A stretch of DNA of 64,000 bases from Candidatus Poseidoniales archaeon (GCA_038105035.1 JAYOBT010000001.1:45385-109384), one strand, 5' to 3'; numbered from the stretch's first letter, positions 19,445-28,102 are shown. Program-made: numbers and translations. The notes: generated from the letters alone by a model not told the origin.

Positions 19445-21487
19445 ATGTCCGATGAAAATGAAGATATTCCTATGGCCGAATGTGGTTCATGTCGTGCGAT
19501 TGTTCCCGTTGACTCATCAGAGTGCCCAGAATGTGGAATTTCATTCTCAGGCGTCTCAGACGAGGCACTCGGTGAATGTGGTGCGTGTAATGCGCTCGTA
19601 CCACTCGATTCGACGAAGTGCCCAGAATGCGGTGTTGTATTCGTCGCTGATGATGTCGTTGATATCCTTCGAACATGGATGGCGAACAACAAGATGAATG
19701 TCAAGACGCTGTTTGGACGATTCGATACCAACAACGACAACATGATTGACTCTGGTGAACTTCGTGACGGTTTGCTTTCACTCAACTTAGCAGATCTACC
19801 ACCATCCCAAGTGGATCGGTTGGTCGAAGCCATTGATGAAGATGGTGACAGCCTCATTGATTTGCAAGAATTGCAGACGATTATTGGCGGAGAAAACTTC
19901 GATGATGAAGACGTTCAAGAAGAGGTACAGCCAGATGCTAGCCTCGAATACAACGAAAATGTCCTTGCGAAAGTGATGAACTCAAATGGTATTGATGAAT
20001 CAGACAAGGATGCATTCATTGCGTTTGCTCAGGATTTCAATGCAGATGACAACTCGTACCTGAAGAAAGAAGAGTTGGAGGCTGCGGCTGCAAGTTGGAT
20101 CTCGGAATCCGAAAAATTAGAAGAGGCATCTACTGCCGATAAAGATGAATCAGACGTTGAAATTGTAGAGGATTCAGTTGAGGAAGAGGAAGCCGATGAG
20201 GAGGATGATCACCAAGAAGATCATGCAGATGAGACAGAGGACGAAGAAGACAATGTCTCACAGGATGAAAATATCGATGATGCCGAGGATACTGAATCCG
20301 ACGAGTCCGATGAAGATGTAGTGGATGACCTAGTGGAAGATGAATCCGATGAGGAATTGGATGATGCCGTTTACTCTAATGCGGAAACCATTGAGGAGGT
20401 TGAAGAGGTTGAGGATGTTCAACACAATGTTCTACGTAGCAACTCAGAAATCATGGAACAATTGCTCGACATCATTGATGCTGAAGACAAGTCTCTAGCC
20501 AATGCATTTGGAGACTTGGATGACGACGGAAATCGTATGCTTTCAATTGAAGAACTTGTCTCAAAACTGAATGAAATTCTCCCAGAAGGACTCACACAAG
20601 AAGAGGCCGACAATCTGTTGGATGCAATGGACACAGATGGCGACGGTAACATTGACATGATCGAGTTTGTCAACGCTGTTGAGCGCCATGAAGACGAGAT
20701 TGCAACCATCGAAGATGAAGATGCAGAGACAGTGAAAACATTCCCAAGTGAATGGCAAACACGCTTTATGTCAAAGAAATGGCATGACGTGTTCTGGCCA
20801 TTGATACACACCTCGTTCGCGATTATCATTGTTGGATTGCTCGTTAACGCACTCATACCAATCGTTGATGGGACTGGTGGAATGGTTGAACTCGAAATTC
20901 GAGAAGATTCATTCCAGACCGAGTGGCAATTGGATGATGGCACTGTCGTCAGTGAAGGAGAGGCTTACCCGTGCGATCCAGAAATACAAGAAGGCGAATG
21001 TAAGAACTCGTTAACGCCATTAGCAGGCAAAGCATCATCGATGCCTGGTGGATTTTATCTCGACGCCATCGTTGTAATGATTCTCGCAGGCTGCGGTCTC
21101 ATTTGGAGCCTATACACGCATCTTATCTTAGCACCAGGCTGGAGAGCGCGTGTTAAGGCCAAGAAAGACATTGATGATGAACGCGCTGAGGTCAAAGAAG
21201 CAGTCGATGACGAAGAACCAGATCAAGATGATTCTGAAGTCGAGGAATCTGAAGAAAGTGAACCTGAAGACTCCATCGAAGAGAACGAAGAGACAGATGA
21301 TTCTGAAGAAGCAGAAGAAGATGAATTCGACATTGGGTCCTTTGTTGGTTTGGAGATTGATGGCGATGATTACTACGGCACAATCATTGAATTTGACGAT
21401 GAAGAAGGCACGGTTGTTATTGAAGAAGATGAGACTGGTGATGAAATCATAGGCTATCAAGATGAGATGTTTATCCCAGAGGACTGA
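19445..21487 (+). CDS. Double zinc-ribbon, multi-EF-hand, 2-TM, highly acidic protein
   Basis: Two CxxC-x10-CPECG ribbons and canonical 12-residue EF loops (DTNNDNMIDSGE, DEDGDSLIDLQE, DDDGNRMLSIEE, DTDGDGNIDMIE). There are two hydrophobic helices and long D/E tracts. Confidence 0.8.
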   Translation: MSDENEDIPMAECGSCRAIVPVDSSECPECGISFSGVSDEALGECGACNALVPLDSTKCPECGVVFVADDVVDILRTWMANNKMNVKTLFGRFDTNNDNMIDSGELRDGLLSLNLADLPPSQVDRLVEAIDEDGDSLIDLQELQTIIGGENFDDEDVQEEVQPDASLEYNENVLAKVMNSNGIDESDKDAFIAFAQDFNADDNSYLKKEELEAAAASWISESEKLEEASTADKDESDVEIVEDSVEEEEADEEDDHQEDHADETEDEEDNVSQDENIDDAEDTESDESDEDVVDDLVEDESDEELDDAVYSNAETIEEVEEVEDVQHNVLRSNSEIMEQLLDIIDAEDKSLANAFGDLDDDGNRMLSIEELVSKLNEILPEGLTQEEADNLLDAMDTDGDGNIDMIEFVNAVERHEDEIATIEDEDAETVKTFPSEWQTRFMSKKWHDVFWPLIHTSFAIIIVGLLVNALIPIVDGTGGMVELEIREDSFQTEWQLDDGTVVSEGEAYPCDPEIQEGECKNSLTPLAGKASSMPGGFYLDAIVVMILAGCGLIWSLYTHLILAPGWRARVKAKKDIDDERAEVKEAVDDEEPDQDDSEVEESEESEPEDSIEENEETDDSEEAEEDEFDIGSFVGLEIDGDDYYGTIIEFDDEEGTVVIEEDETGDEIIGYQDEMFIPED

Positions 21488-21489
21488 TT

Positions 21490-21846
21490 GTGAACAGTGA
21501 CCCGTTGTTCGGTATTTTATCCGCAGTCCGTTGCCCATCTTGTGGAACACTGGAATCAAAAGGGACGTTTAAGTGTCCAGAATGTGGTTTGTTTCACTCA
21601 TCGTTACCAATGGAGGAACGGCAAGCTCCATCGCCGGAAGATCGGGTTCAGCAAAGGGAAATAGATCCCTCCGCGTACTCGTTATCATCCAATTCGAAAC
21701 TAATCTCCGAAGCCTTTGACGAGACAAATGAAATCCAATCATGGACTGGAGGAAACACAGATTTCTCGGATCTTGGGGTCGATGAGCCTCCAGCAAAATT
21801 GCTTGACCCCCAGGATTCTGAAGTAGAATTGATTCACGATGATTAA
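21490..21846 (+). CDS. Small zinc-ribbon protein with a disordered acidic tail
   Basis: The GTG start lies 2 nt after the upstream TGA. The ribbon is CPSCG-x10-CPECG. Confidence 0.6.
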   Translation: MNSDPLFGILSAVRCPSCGTLESKGTFKCPECGLFHSSLPMEERQAPSPEDRVQQREIDPSAYSLSSNSKLISEAFDETNEIQSWTGGNTDFSDLGVDEPPAKLLDPQDSEVELIHDD

Positions 21847-21903
21847 TTATTTGAAAAGTAATTAATTTAGAAACATCGGCTAAAAGAATTCATCGGAATT
21901 CAT

Positions 21904-21979
21904 TGGTGGGCTCGGAGAGAATCGAACTCTCGATCTTTGCCATGTCAAGGCAACGTCATAACCCCTAGACCACGAGCCC
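21904..21979 (-). tRNA. tRNA-Val (anticodon GAC) with encoded CCA
   Basis: The reverse complement folds as a cloverleaf. Acceptor GGGCTCG/CGAGCCC, anticodon stem TTGCC/GGCAA with loop TTGACAT, T arm GAGAG-TTCGATT-CTCTC, discriminator A, then CCA. Confidence 0.9.
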
Positions 21980-22037
21980 TAGGTAGTCTTGCCACCATAG
22001 ACGCGTATTTATTCACATCGGTATAGAATGGTGTCAG

Positions 22038-22190
22038 CTAAGAAATGATTTTTGAGATCTTGCCTGTGCAATCAGCTTGAGAACACGTCCCTGCAAAACG
22101 TGTTCGACCATTGGACATTTTGATTTCTCGTCCATTCATTATTGGACCATATGTCTTGCACTTCAGACAGAATCCTTCAATTGAAGTCAT
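22038..22190 (-). CDS. Small zinc-ribbon protein (DUF5679-like)
   Basis: MTSIEGFCLKCKT...MSNGRTRFAGTCSQADCTGKISKI has two Cys pairs around a basic beta-hairpin-like core. The ATG at 22190 is preferred over the TTG at 22232. Confidence 0.45.
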   Translation of the reverse strand: MTSIEGFCLKCKTYGPIMNGREIKMSNGRTRFAGTCSQADCTGKISKIIS

Positions 22191-22417
22191 AACCAATACG
22201 CAGTGGAGAAGATGTATGAACTCTTTGGCCAAGAATATGGGAAATTTCCCCTTTTACCCCCTACTTTGCACATGGAAATTCATGTTTTTTGAAAAAACAA
22301 ATGGGAAAAGGAGGTACAAATGGCGCACTGCGGCTTAGTTCCATCACTAACCGCTTTGGGACAAGCAATATGGTTCAGTGCCAATGTCGTATAACTACCA
22401 TTATACGACGCATAGTA

Positions 22418-22753
22418 TCATGCTTTTTTGTCTGATTTAAACTGATCAAGGAATTGAAACTCATCAACCTCGAAAATTCCCACGAGTGGAGGACCACTCA
22501 TGAAAGACTCAAGAGGACCGTGTTCAGGATCGAGTTTGTTACTAACAATAGCCGATATTGATTTCATGTGTTTTCTTGAACTATACAGAGTTTGTACAAG
22601 AAAGAGTGGTTGACCATCCACAGATTTAGCGGTCCATGCGAGCAAACATCCATCCTGCCGTCGCTTGAGTTCTTGGTGTGCGTTCAATATTCTCAAAAAA
22701 CGAGCATCCACTTTTTTGTGAGAAGAACATACTACAGTTTCCAACCATGCCAT
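22418..22753 (-). CDS. Hypothetical 111-aa protein, possibly with an ABM/ferredoxin-like fold
   Basis: Clean ORF in an AT-rich interval. There is a weak resemblance to antibiotic-biosynthesis-monooxygenase-type sequences (GCLLAW...FLVQTLYSS). Confidence 0.45.
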   Translation of the reverse strand: MAWLETVVCSSHKKVDARFLRILNAHQELKRRQDGCLLAWTAKSVDGQPLFLVQTLYSSRKHMKSISAIVSNKLDPEHGPLESFMSGPPLVGIFEVDEFQFLDQFKSDKKA

Positions 22754-22815
22754 GATTTACACCTTTTATTTAATGTATTTGACTATAATATATCTTACGT
22801 TCATTAAGGATGAAA

Positions 22816-24018
22816 TTAAAATTCAATATGATGTCCTTCAAGACATACCGAATGTATTGGCGAACTCGAAGGAGCCATGCACCAACTTTCCCAATGCCGG
22901 CTCTTGAGAATATTGAAATTTGCAATCGCACCTTCTTTGATGACACCATGTTCAATACCATCCGAACGTGGAGTAGAACGTGCAGCTTCACGAGTTACAC
23001 AGTACAAGGCGTCGTAGGGCGACATCCCATTTCTCTGAACAGCAAGCGAGCCGATAAATGGAATACTGTTGGTGAAACAATTTGGATTAAAATCCGTGGC
23101 CAAACTGAATGAAACCGAATGATTTTGAACATCCTTGAAATCTGGCCATTGATCACCATTGAAGTAAGGCGTACCCGGTAGAAAACCCGTAACAACACCT
23201 GCTTCCATCATAGCAAGCCGCGTATCCATTGGCGTATGGTGTGCATGATCTGCAGTCATGACCTTCAATTCCGCTGCGAGTTCACCACCACCTCCATCAA
23301 CAAACTCATCGATGTGCATACGTAATTTTAGGCCGCCTCTTTTTGAAGAACGAAGTATGTCTTCAGACTGTTCAATGGAAAACCACCCAGGTTCACAAAA
23401 CACGTCTGCAGACTCAGCATGATTCGATTCAAGCACCGCAGGTAATTGTTCAGATAAAATCTCTTCAGTATAGGATTCGTAGGTTTGTTGAGGTGTTACA
23501 GCATGAGCGCCCATCCAAGTTGAGTGAATGGAAGGAAGATGAGTTTCTCTTTTCAAACGATCAACAACTTCGAGAAGGCGTAACTCATGAACGGTCGACA
23601 ATCCATAACCAGACTTCGCTTCAATGAATGTTGTACCATTCTGCAATGCTTGATGTAAGCGAGATTTCCCAATTGCAAATAATTCATCATCGGAACTTTC
23701 ACGCGTCGATGTTACTGTTTGCATAATGCCGCCGCCCATTTTTGCAATATCTGCATATGAGTGGCCTTGCATGCGCAAATGGTGCTCATTGAACCGATCA
23801 CCAGACCATATCAAATGGTTGTGTGCGTCGATAAAACCTGGTACGATTGCCCTGCCACCCACGTCAACAAACTTGGCATCAGAGGAATGGTATTCTTCCG
23901 TTGAATCTATGATTGATTCTATTAGATTGTCTTTAACAACAATAGATTTACCATTAAGTAAAACACCATCATCATCCATGGTTTGGAGCGAACCAATGTT
24001 GTGAAAGATGGTACGCAT
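22816..24018 (-). CDS. hutI: Imidazolonepropionase
   Basis: Amidohydrolase HxH (GFIDAHNHLIWSG), EAKSGYGL, and the DH/HH metal ligands. I placed the start at MRTIFHNIG. Confidence 0.9.
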   Translation of the reverse strand: MRTIFHNIGSLQTMDDDGVLLNGKSIVVKDNLIESIIDSTEEYHSSDAKFVDVGGRAIVPGFIDAHNHLIWSGDRFNEHHLRMQGHSYADIAKMGGGIMQTVTSTRESSDDELFAIGKSRLHQALQNGTTFIEAKSGYGLSTVHELRLLEVVDRLKRETHLPSIHSTWMGAHAVTPQQTYESYTEEILSEQLPAVLESNHAESADVFCEPGWFSIEQSEDILRSSKRGGLKLRMHIDEFVDGGGGELAAELKVMTADHAHHTPMDTRLAMMEAGVVTGFLPGTPYFNGDQWPDFKDVQNHSVSFSLATDFNPNCFTNSIPFIGSLAVQRNGMSPYDALYCVTREAARSTPRSDGIEHGVIKEGAIANFNILKSRHWESWCMAPSSSPIHSVCLEGHHIEF

Positions 24019-24068
24019 GGTTAGGGCAGTAGGTGAGAGTTGAAGAACAATCGCATGCACGGACAACC

Positions 24069-25085
24069 ATGGACGAAGGCAAATGGACCATTGGTATTGA
24101 GTCCACTGCACACACATTTTCATTCGGACTTGTAGATCCAAACGGAATACCGTATCCCTCTGTTGGTGATACGGTTAAGCCACTTGAAGGTGGAATTCAT
24201 CCGAGGGAGGCCGCAGATCATCATCGCGATTATGCTGCAGACCTGTATAACAAAGTCTTGAAATCCCAAAATCTAACCTCAGAGGACATCGGAGCAATTG
24301 CCTATTCCCAAGGCCCAGGATTAGGCCCTTGCCTACGCATCGGTGCTTCCGTAGCACGTACGCTTTCAAGCAAACTAAATGTGCCGCTGATTGGTGTAAA
24401 TCACTGTGTTGCTCACATTGAAATTGGCCGTCAACAATGCGATTGTGATGATCCAGTTTTACTTTACGTCAGTGGAGGCAATACGCAAGTTATCGCTAAA
24501 TTACAAGGTAAATATCGAGTCCTAGGCGAAACACACGATATTGGCATTGGCAATATGTTGGATAAATTCGCTCGGCAACAAGGCATCCCGTTTCCAGGTG
24601 GACCAGTTATTGAGAAACTTGCAAAGGAATACATCGATGAACATCCAGATGCAACGCTCGACGGGCTAGAATTGCCATATCCTGTTAGAGGCATGGACCT
24701 CGCATTTTCAGGTATTCTAACTGCGGCGCAACGCCTGATTGAGAAAGGACATTCACTCGGAGCTGTTTGCTGGTCCTTGCAGGAACATGCTTTTGCTGCA
24801 TGTATTGAAGTAGCCGAGCGCGCACTTGCCCACAGTGGCAAAAAAGAAGTTTTACTCGGTGGAGGAGTTGCATGCAACAATCGCCTTAGAGAAATGTCTA
24901 CATTGATGGCTCAGGAGAGGGAATCAACATCTCACGCACCACCTCGAATGTATTGCATTGACAACGGAACCATGATTGGCCTTCTTGGATACATCGAATT
25001 GAAAGCAGGCCGCAAGACTCCTTTTGAATCGAGTGGAATCGACCAATACATGAGAACGGATGACACGATTGTTAACTGGAGTTAG
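24069..25085 (+). CDS. kae1: tRNA N6-adenosine threonylcarbamoyltransferase Kae1, standalone with no Bud32 fusion
   Basis: GIESTAHTF, GPGLGPCLRIG, VNHCVAHIE, VSGGNTQ and GGVACNNRLREM. Confidence 0.93.
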   Translation: MDEGKWTIGIESTAHTFSFGLVDPNGIPYPSVGDTVKPLEGGIHPREAADHHRDYAADLYNKVLKSQNLTSEDIGAIAYSQGPGLGPCLRIGASVARTLSSKLNVPLIGVNHCVAHIEIGRQQCDCDDPVLLYVSGGNTQVIAKLQGKYRVLGETHDIGIGNMLDKFARQQGIPFPGGPVIEKLAKEYIDEHPDATLDGLELPYPVRGMDLAFSGILTAAQRLIEKGHSLGAVCWSLQEHAFAACIEVAERALAHSGKKEVLLGGGVACNNRLREMSTLMAQERESTSHAPPRMYCIDNGTMIGLLGYIELKAGRKTPFESSGIDQYMRTDDTIVNWS

Positions 25086-25099
25086 GCTAAGATAGCGGA

Positions 25100-26002
25100 T
25101 TGTTTTTAACGAGTCGACCTAGAGTATTGAATATTGGGGGATTTATAATTCGAGATCGACGCAGAAAACCGGATGAGCCATTCAATCCATTTGCTGCAAA
25201 TGCGAATCAAGTTCGCCAAAAAAAGCGGAACGAACGAAGCCAATCCAATGCGCCTAGTTCAACAGGTCAAAGCCGAACTGAACCTCGACAATCCGTCGAT
25301 ACAAGTGATTTCCGCAAAAAACAGGAAGAAGCACGAAAGAGGCTCGGTGCTCAGTCAACACCTTCCGCACCGGCTTCTCAAAAACCGGCTGTTCAAGCGA
25401 GTACACTCAATGCTACAACAGACAATCAAACAGTTCAACAAGTATCACGGGCGGATCGCTTAGCAGAACTCCGAAAACAATCTCAAGAATCTGTCAAAAA
25501 AACTGAATCCATCCTTGAGCCTGCAGCTCCTGCTCAAGTGACGGAGCCTCAACCTAACGCTGAGCCCATTGTAAAGCCAACTCCTGAGATCAGTGAAAAA
25601 CCTGAGCCTATTGAACTCGCAGTTGAACAGGACGCTGATGAAACAATGGCATCCAAGAACGTTTTCAAGCAGATTGTCACGAAGACACCAAAAAAGCGAG
25701 AACATCGACGTCGACGTTCAAGACACGACGATTCTGGCGGTGGCAGGCAACCGAAGGTAAAGAAACTCAATCGTCAAAGATACAACGATTACAAATATGC
25801 AGCCCGAGACATCCTCGATGATGATCGAGTTGCAGATGAACATCGTTCAAACCTGCTCGGTCAAATATGGGCAAAAGGAGAACGTATTGGCATTGAGGCT
25901 ACACTTGAGTTCATATCTGAAAAGCAAGAACAGTTGATTCTTGACGAAGAGATAGCCCAACGATTAAGGGATCTCGTTAGAGCACTAACAACAAGGAGAT
26001 GA
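25100..26002 (+). CDS. Hypothetical protein, basic and mostly disordered, with a structured ~90-aa C-terminal domain
   Basis: Long ORF with no in-frame ATG until about aa 184 (track start is TTG), so the start is uncertain. The composition is low-complexity K/R/E/Q/S/P, and the C-terminus is YNDYKYAARDIL...LRDLVRALTTRR. Confidence 0.5.
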   Translation: MFLTSRPRVLNIGGFIIRDRRRKPDEPFNPFAANANQVRQKKRNERSQSNAPSSTGQSRTEPRQSVDTSDFRKKQEEARKRLGAQSTPSAPASQKPAVQASTLNATTDNQTVQQVSRADRLAELRKQSQESVKKTESILEPAAPAQVTEPQPNAEPIVKPTPEISEKPEPIELAVEQDADETMASKNVFKQIVTKTPKKREHRRRRSRHDDSGGGRQPKVKKLNRQRYNDYKYAARDILDDDRVADEHRSNLLGQIWAKGERIGIEATLEFISEKQEQLILDEEIAQRLRDLVRALTTRR

Positions 26003-26006
26003 AGAA

Positions 26007-26480
26007 ATGACAATCGTAGAAAAAGACGCCGTAGCATCGGTACATTACACAGGAACACTACCCGAAAGTGGAGAAGTGTTCGACAGCAGCGAAGGCCGTG
26101 ACCCGTTGACGTTTCTGGTAGGCCACAAGCAAATGATTCCTGGCTTTGAAGAAGAACTCATGGGTGCAGAAAAAGGAGAACGCCGAACTTTCACGCTGGA
26201 ACCAGAACGAGCCTATGGCGAGAAAATTCCAGAAGCTATTCAACAGATACCAACAGAAATGTTTGGAGATATCACGCCTGAACCAGGCATGACGTTAATG
26301 TCGGATGTTGGCCCATTCAATGTCGTATCCGTTGAAGACGACAAGGTTACGGTTGATTTCAACCACAAGCTAGCTGGTGAAACCCTCCAATTCAGTGTTG
26401 AAGTTGTTGATGTACGCACAGCAACCGAAGAAGAACTCGCTCATGGTCATGCACATGGACCTGGTGGACATCAACACTGA
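26007..26480 (+). CDS. FKBP-type peptidyl-prolyl isomerase, SlyD-like, with a His-rich tail
   Basis: VHYTGTLPESGEVFDSS, FLVGHKQMIPGFEE, an IF-domain-like insert, and a C-terminal HGHAHGPGGHQH. AGGAGAT lies upstream of the ATG. Confidence 0.9.
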   Translation: MTIVEKDAVASVHYTGTLPESGEVFDSSEGRDPLTFLVGHKQMIPGFEEELMGAEKGERRTFTLEPERAYGEKIPEAIQQIPTEMFGDITPEPGMTLMSDVGPFNVVSVEDDKVTVDFNHKLAGETLQFSVEVVDVRTATEEELAHGHAHGPGGHQH

Positions 26481-26519
26481 AATGCGAGGCTTGATGAAGC
26501 GTCTTACCATGGACAATCC

Positions 26520-28094
26520 ATGGTCGAGTTCAGAAAGTCTAGTTGGGAGACACTCGGTGGGCTTCCAATACCTGCTTTTTACACGCCTAGTGACGAAGTA
26601 GAACGCCCCGGCCATCCGCCATACACTCGTGGCATCCATGAAAACATGTACCGTACACGTCTATGGACAATGCGACAATATGCTGGATTTTCATCTGCTA
26701 AAGAGACCAATGAGCGATTTCGTTTGCTTCTTGAACGTGGTCAAAAGGGCCTATCTGTGGCCTTTGATTTACCGACACAACTCGGACTCGATGCAGATGA
26801 CCCACTAAGCGAAGGAGAGGTCGGAAAGGTTGGTGTTTCCATCTCATGTTTGCAGGATATGCGAGATTTGTTTGCCGAAATACCGTTGGATAAAGTCTCT
26901 ACATCAATGACCATCAATGCACCAGCAATGATCTTGTTGGCGATGTACTGCGTTGTTGCAGAAGAACAAGGCGTTCCAAGCAACCAGATCTCTGGAACAA
27001 TTCAAAACGATATTCTCAAAGAATACATCGCACGCGGAACATATGTATTTCCTCCTAAACCATCGATGCGTTTGATCACAGATATTTTCGAACATTGTTC
27101 CATGCATATACCGAAATGGAATACAATCTCAATTTCAGGATATCACATTAGGGAGGCTGGTTCAACTGCAGTACAGGAGTTGGCATTTACACTGTCAAAT
27201 GCCTTAGCGTACGTTGAATCGGCATGTGAGAAAGGCCTCGATGTTGATACATTTGCACCACGACTCTCTTTCTTTTTCAATTGCCACAATGATTTCTTGG
27301 AAGAGGTTTCGAAATTCCGTGCAGCACGAAGACTTTGGCATGACTTGATGGTTGAACGATACTCTCCATCGCACCCACGTTCTACCCAACTTCGTTTCCA
27401 TACACAAGTTGCCGGGGTTTCACTGACAGCTCAGCAACCATACAACAACATTAGTCGAGTTACAATTCAAGCCTTAGCAGCGGTATGTGGTGGTACTCAG
27501 AGCCTCCACACCAACAGTTTTGATGAGGCTTTGGGACTTCCAACAGAGGACAGTGCCACGATTGCTCTTCGAACACAACAAATTATTGCAGAAGAATCAG
27601 GTGTTGCGGATGTTGTAGATCCTTTCGCCGGCTCATACCACATCGAATCTTTGACGGACGAAATATACGATAAGTGTCGAAAAGAGATCGAAAAAATTGA
27701 ATCTCTAGGTGGTGCATTGAAAGCCATAGAACAAGGTTACCAGCAACAAGAGATCCACACAACCGCATACAGATATTTCAATGAAATCGAACGTGGCTTT
27801 CGACGTATTGTTGGTGTGAATCATGGAACAATGGAAGAAGAGGTGCAGATTAAACCTATGAAATTGAATCCTGAGGTTGCTGAACATCAGAAAATACGAT
27901 TGGAAAATCTCAGAAAAAATCGAGATCATTCCGAAGTAAAAGAGATATTGAAATTGATTACAGATGCTTCAAAAACAAGCGACAATTTGTTTCCATTAGT
28001 GCTGGATGCAGTTCGTGCAGATGCCACACTCGGTGAAATCATGCAATCCATGAAGGATGTATTCGGGACGTATTCTGCACCCAGCGGATTCTAG
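26520..28094 (+). CDS. Methylmalonyl-CoA mutase, large (catalytic, N-terminal domain) subunit
   Basis: PYTRGIHENMYRTRLWTMRQYAGF, GLSVAFDLPTQ and SISGYHIREAG. No B12-binding domain is present in this ORF. Confidence 0.93.
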   Translation: MVEFRKSSWETLGGLPIPAFYTPSDEVERPGHPPYTRGIHENMYRTRLWTMRQYAGFSSAKETNERFRLLLERGQKGLSVAFDLPTQLGLDADDPLSEGEVGKVGVSISCLQDMRDLFAEIPLDKVSTSMTINAPAMILLAMYCVVAEEQGVPSNQISGTIQNDILKEYIARGTYVFPPKPSMRLITDIFEHCSMHIPKWNTISISGYHIREAGSTAVQELAFTLSNALAYVESACEKGLDVDTFAPRLSFFFNCHNDFLEEVSKFRAARRLWHDLMVERYSPSHPRSTQLRFHTQVAGVSLTAQQPYNNISRVTIQALAAVCGGTQSLHTNSFDEALGLPTEDSATIALRTQQIIAEESGVADVVDPFAGSYHIESLTDEIYDKCRKEIEKIESLGGALKAIEQGYQQQEIHTTAYRYFNEIERGFRRIVGVNHGTMEEEVQIKPMKLNPEVAEHQKIRLENLRKNRDHSEVKEILKLITDASKTSDNLFPLVLDAVRADATLGEIMQSMKDVFGTYSAPSGF

Positions 28095-28102
28095 GTGATG
28101 GT

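Noticed and set aside
20140-20400. Repetitive GAA/GAT/GAG-rich DNA (also at 21180-21340) that could be mistaken for tandem repeats or an array
   Set aside because: It is in-frame low-complexity coding for D/E tracts of the EF-hand protein. There is no fixed repeat unit and no spacer structure.
22301-22444. An alternative 47-codon plus-strand ORF (MGKGGTNGALRLSS…) overlapping the 24-codon candidate
   Set aside because: It has no SD or convincing promoter, it overlaps the 3' end of the minus-strand 111-aa gene, and its composition is unremarkable.
18478-22815. An integrated mobile element targeting tRNA-Val
   Set aside because: I found no integrase, recombinase or transposase ORF, and by eye no second copy of the tRNA 3' end to define att sites. 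Only the small AT-rich islet remains as a weak hint.
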